DNA of 64,000 nt. It comes from Neodothiora populina. Taxonomy: Eukaryota. Below the pieces are notes generated by a model. The model ran no database searches, was not told the origin of the DNA, and was given only the letters and a program-made list of their open reading frames with translations. Below, piece after piece: positions 63,792-64,000 of this stretch. The translations under genes and the position numbers were made by a program. Each line of letters opens with the position of its first letter. The first letter of the stretch is position 1. Location: positions 992,001 to 1,056,000 of the forward strand of contig NW_027191415.1 in NCBI RefSeq assembly GCF_041146345.1. The letters are read 5' to 3'.

Positions 63792-64000
63792 TGTGATGTT
63801 GGACTGTCGTGTATGTGTGGGATGAAGTTGTGTATGCGACAGAGAGGTGAGGTTGCGTAAGGTAAGGTAGGGAGCTTGTCTGTTGAGGAAATATTTCTTA
63901 TTAGCTTTGCAACGTAGTCAGGCCAAAGCTTGACTGCGGGGTTCCAGAGGGCGGCAGCGGCCTGCATTGGGATCTAATCTTTGACTTACCCTGAGAACAA

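Overview
Gene-dense eukaryotic DNA from a filamentous ascomycete, inferred from short GT-AG introns with CTRAC branch sites and Pezizomycotina-type proteins. About 27 protein genes and one intron-containing tRNA-Ala(CGC) can be supported. Most are housekeeping: a GH36/Sip1-type gene running off the left edge, NMT1, mitochondrial EF-G, an AHL-lactonase-like metallo-beta-lactamase, SWP1, GPI14, a 2-Cys peroxiredoxin, a translin/TRAX protein, an aldehyde dehydrogenase, NPT1, a syntaxin, an LSm protein, a DCAF7-like WD40 protein, CAB4, a GST-like protein, ERV14, PRP17 and pyruvate kinase. The most unusual element is in the gene-poor interval between PRP17 and pyruvate kinase (about 55.6-61.7 kb). 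It holds a tandem family of three ~50-60-codon micropeptide genes conserved at the protein level, two of them absent from the ORF track, next to a divergent C2H2 zinc-finger gene and a clustered TCTGGYG motif. Other notable items are a 74-codon in-frame extension behind the pyruvate kinase stop codon, a phenolic acid decarboxylase with an internal deletion and frameshift, a 1-nt frameshift in the peroxiredoxin, a 7-nt microexon, and a protein with ADP-ribosyltransferase-like R-S-E motifs. No CRISPR array, rRNA or intact transposon was seen. Exon boundaries were placed by eye and family assignments come from recalled motifs, not database searches.
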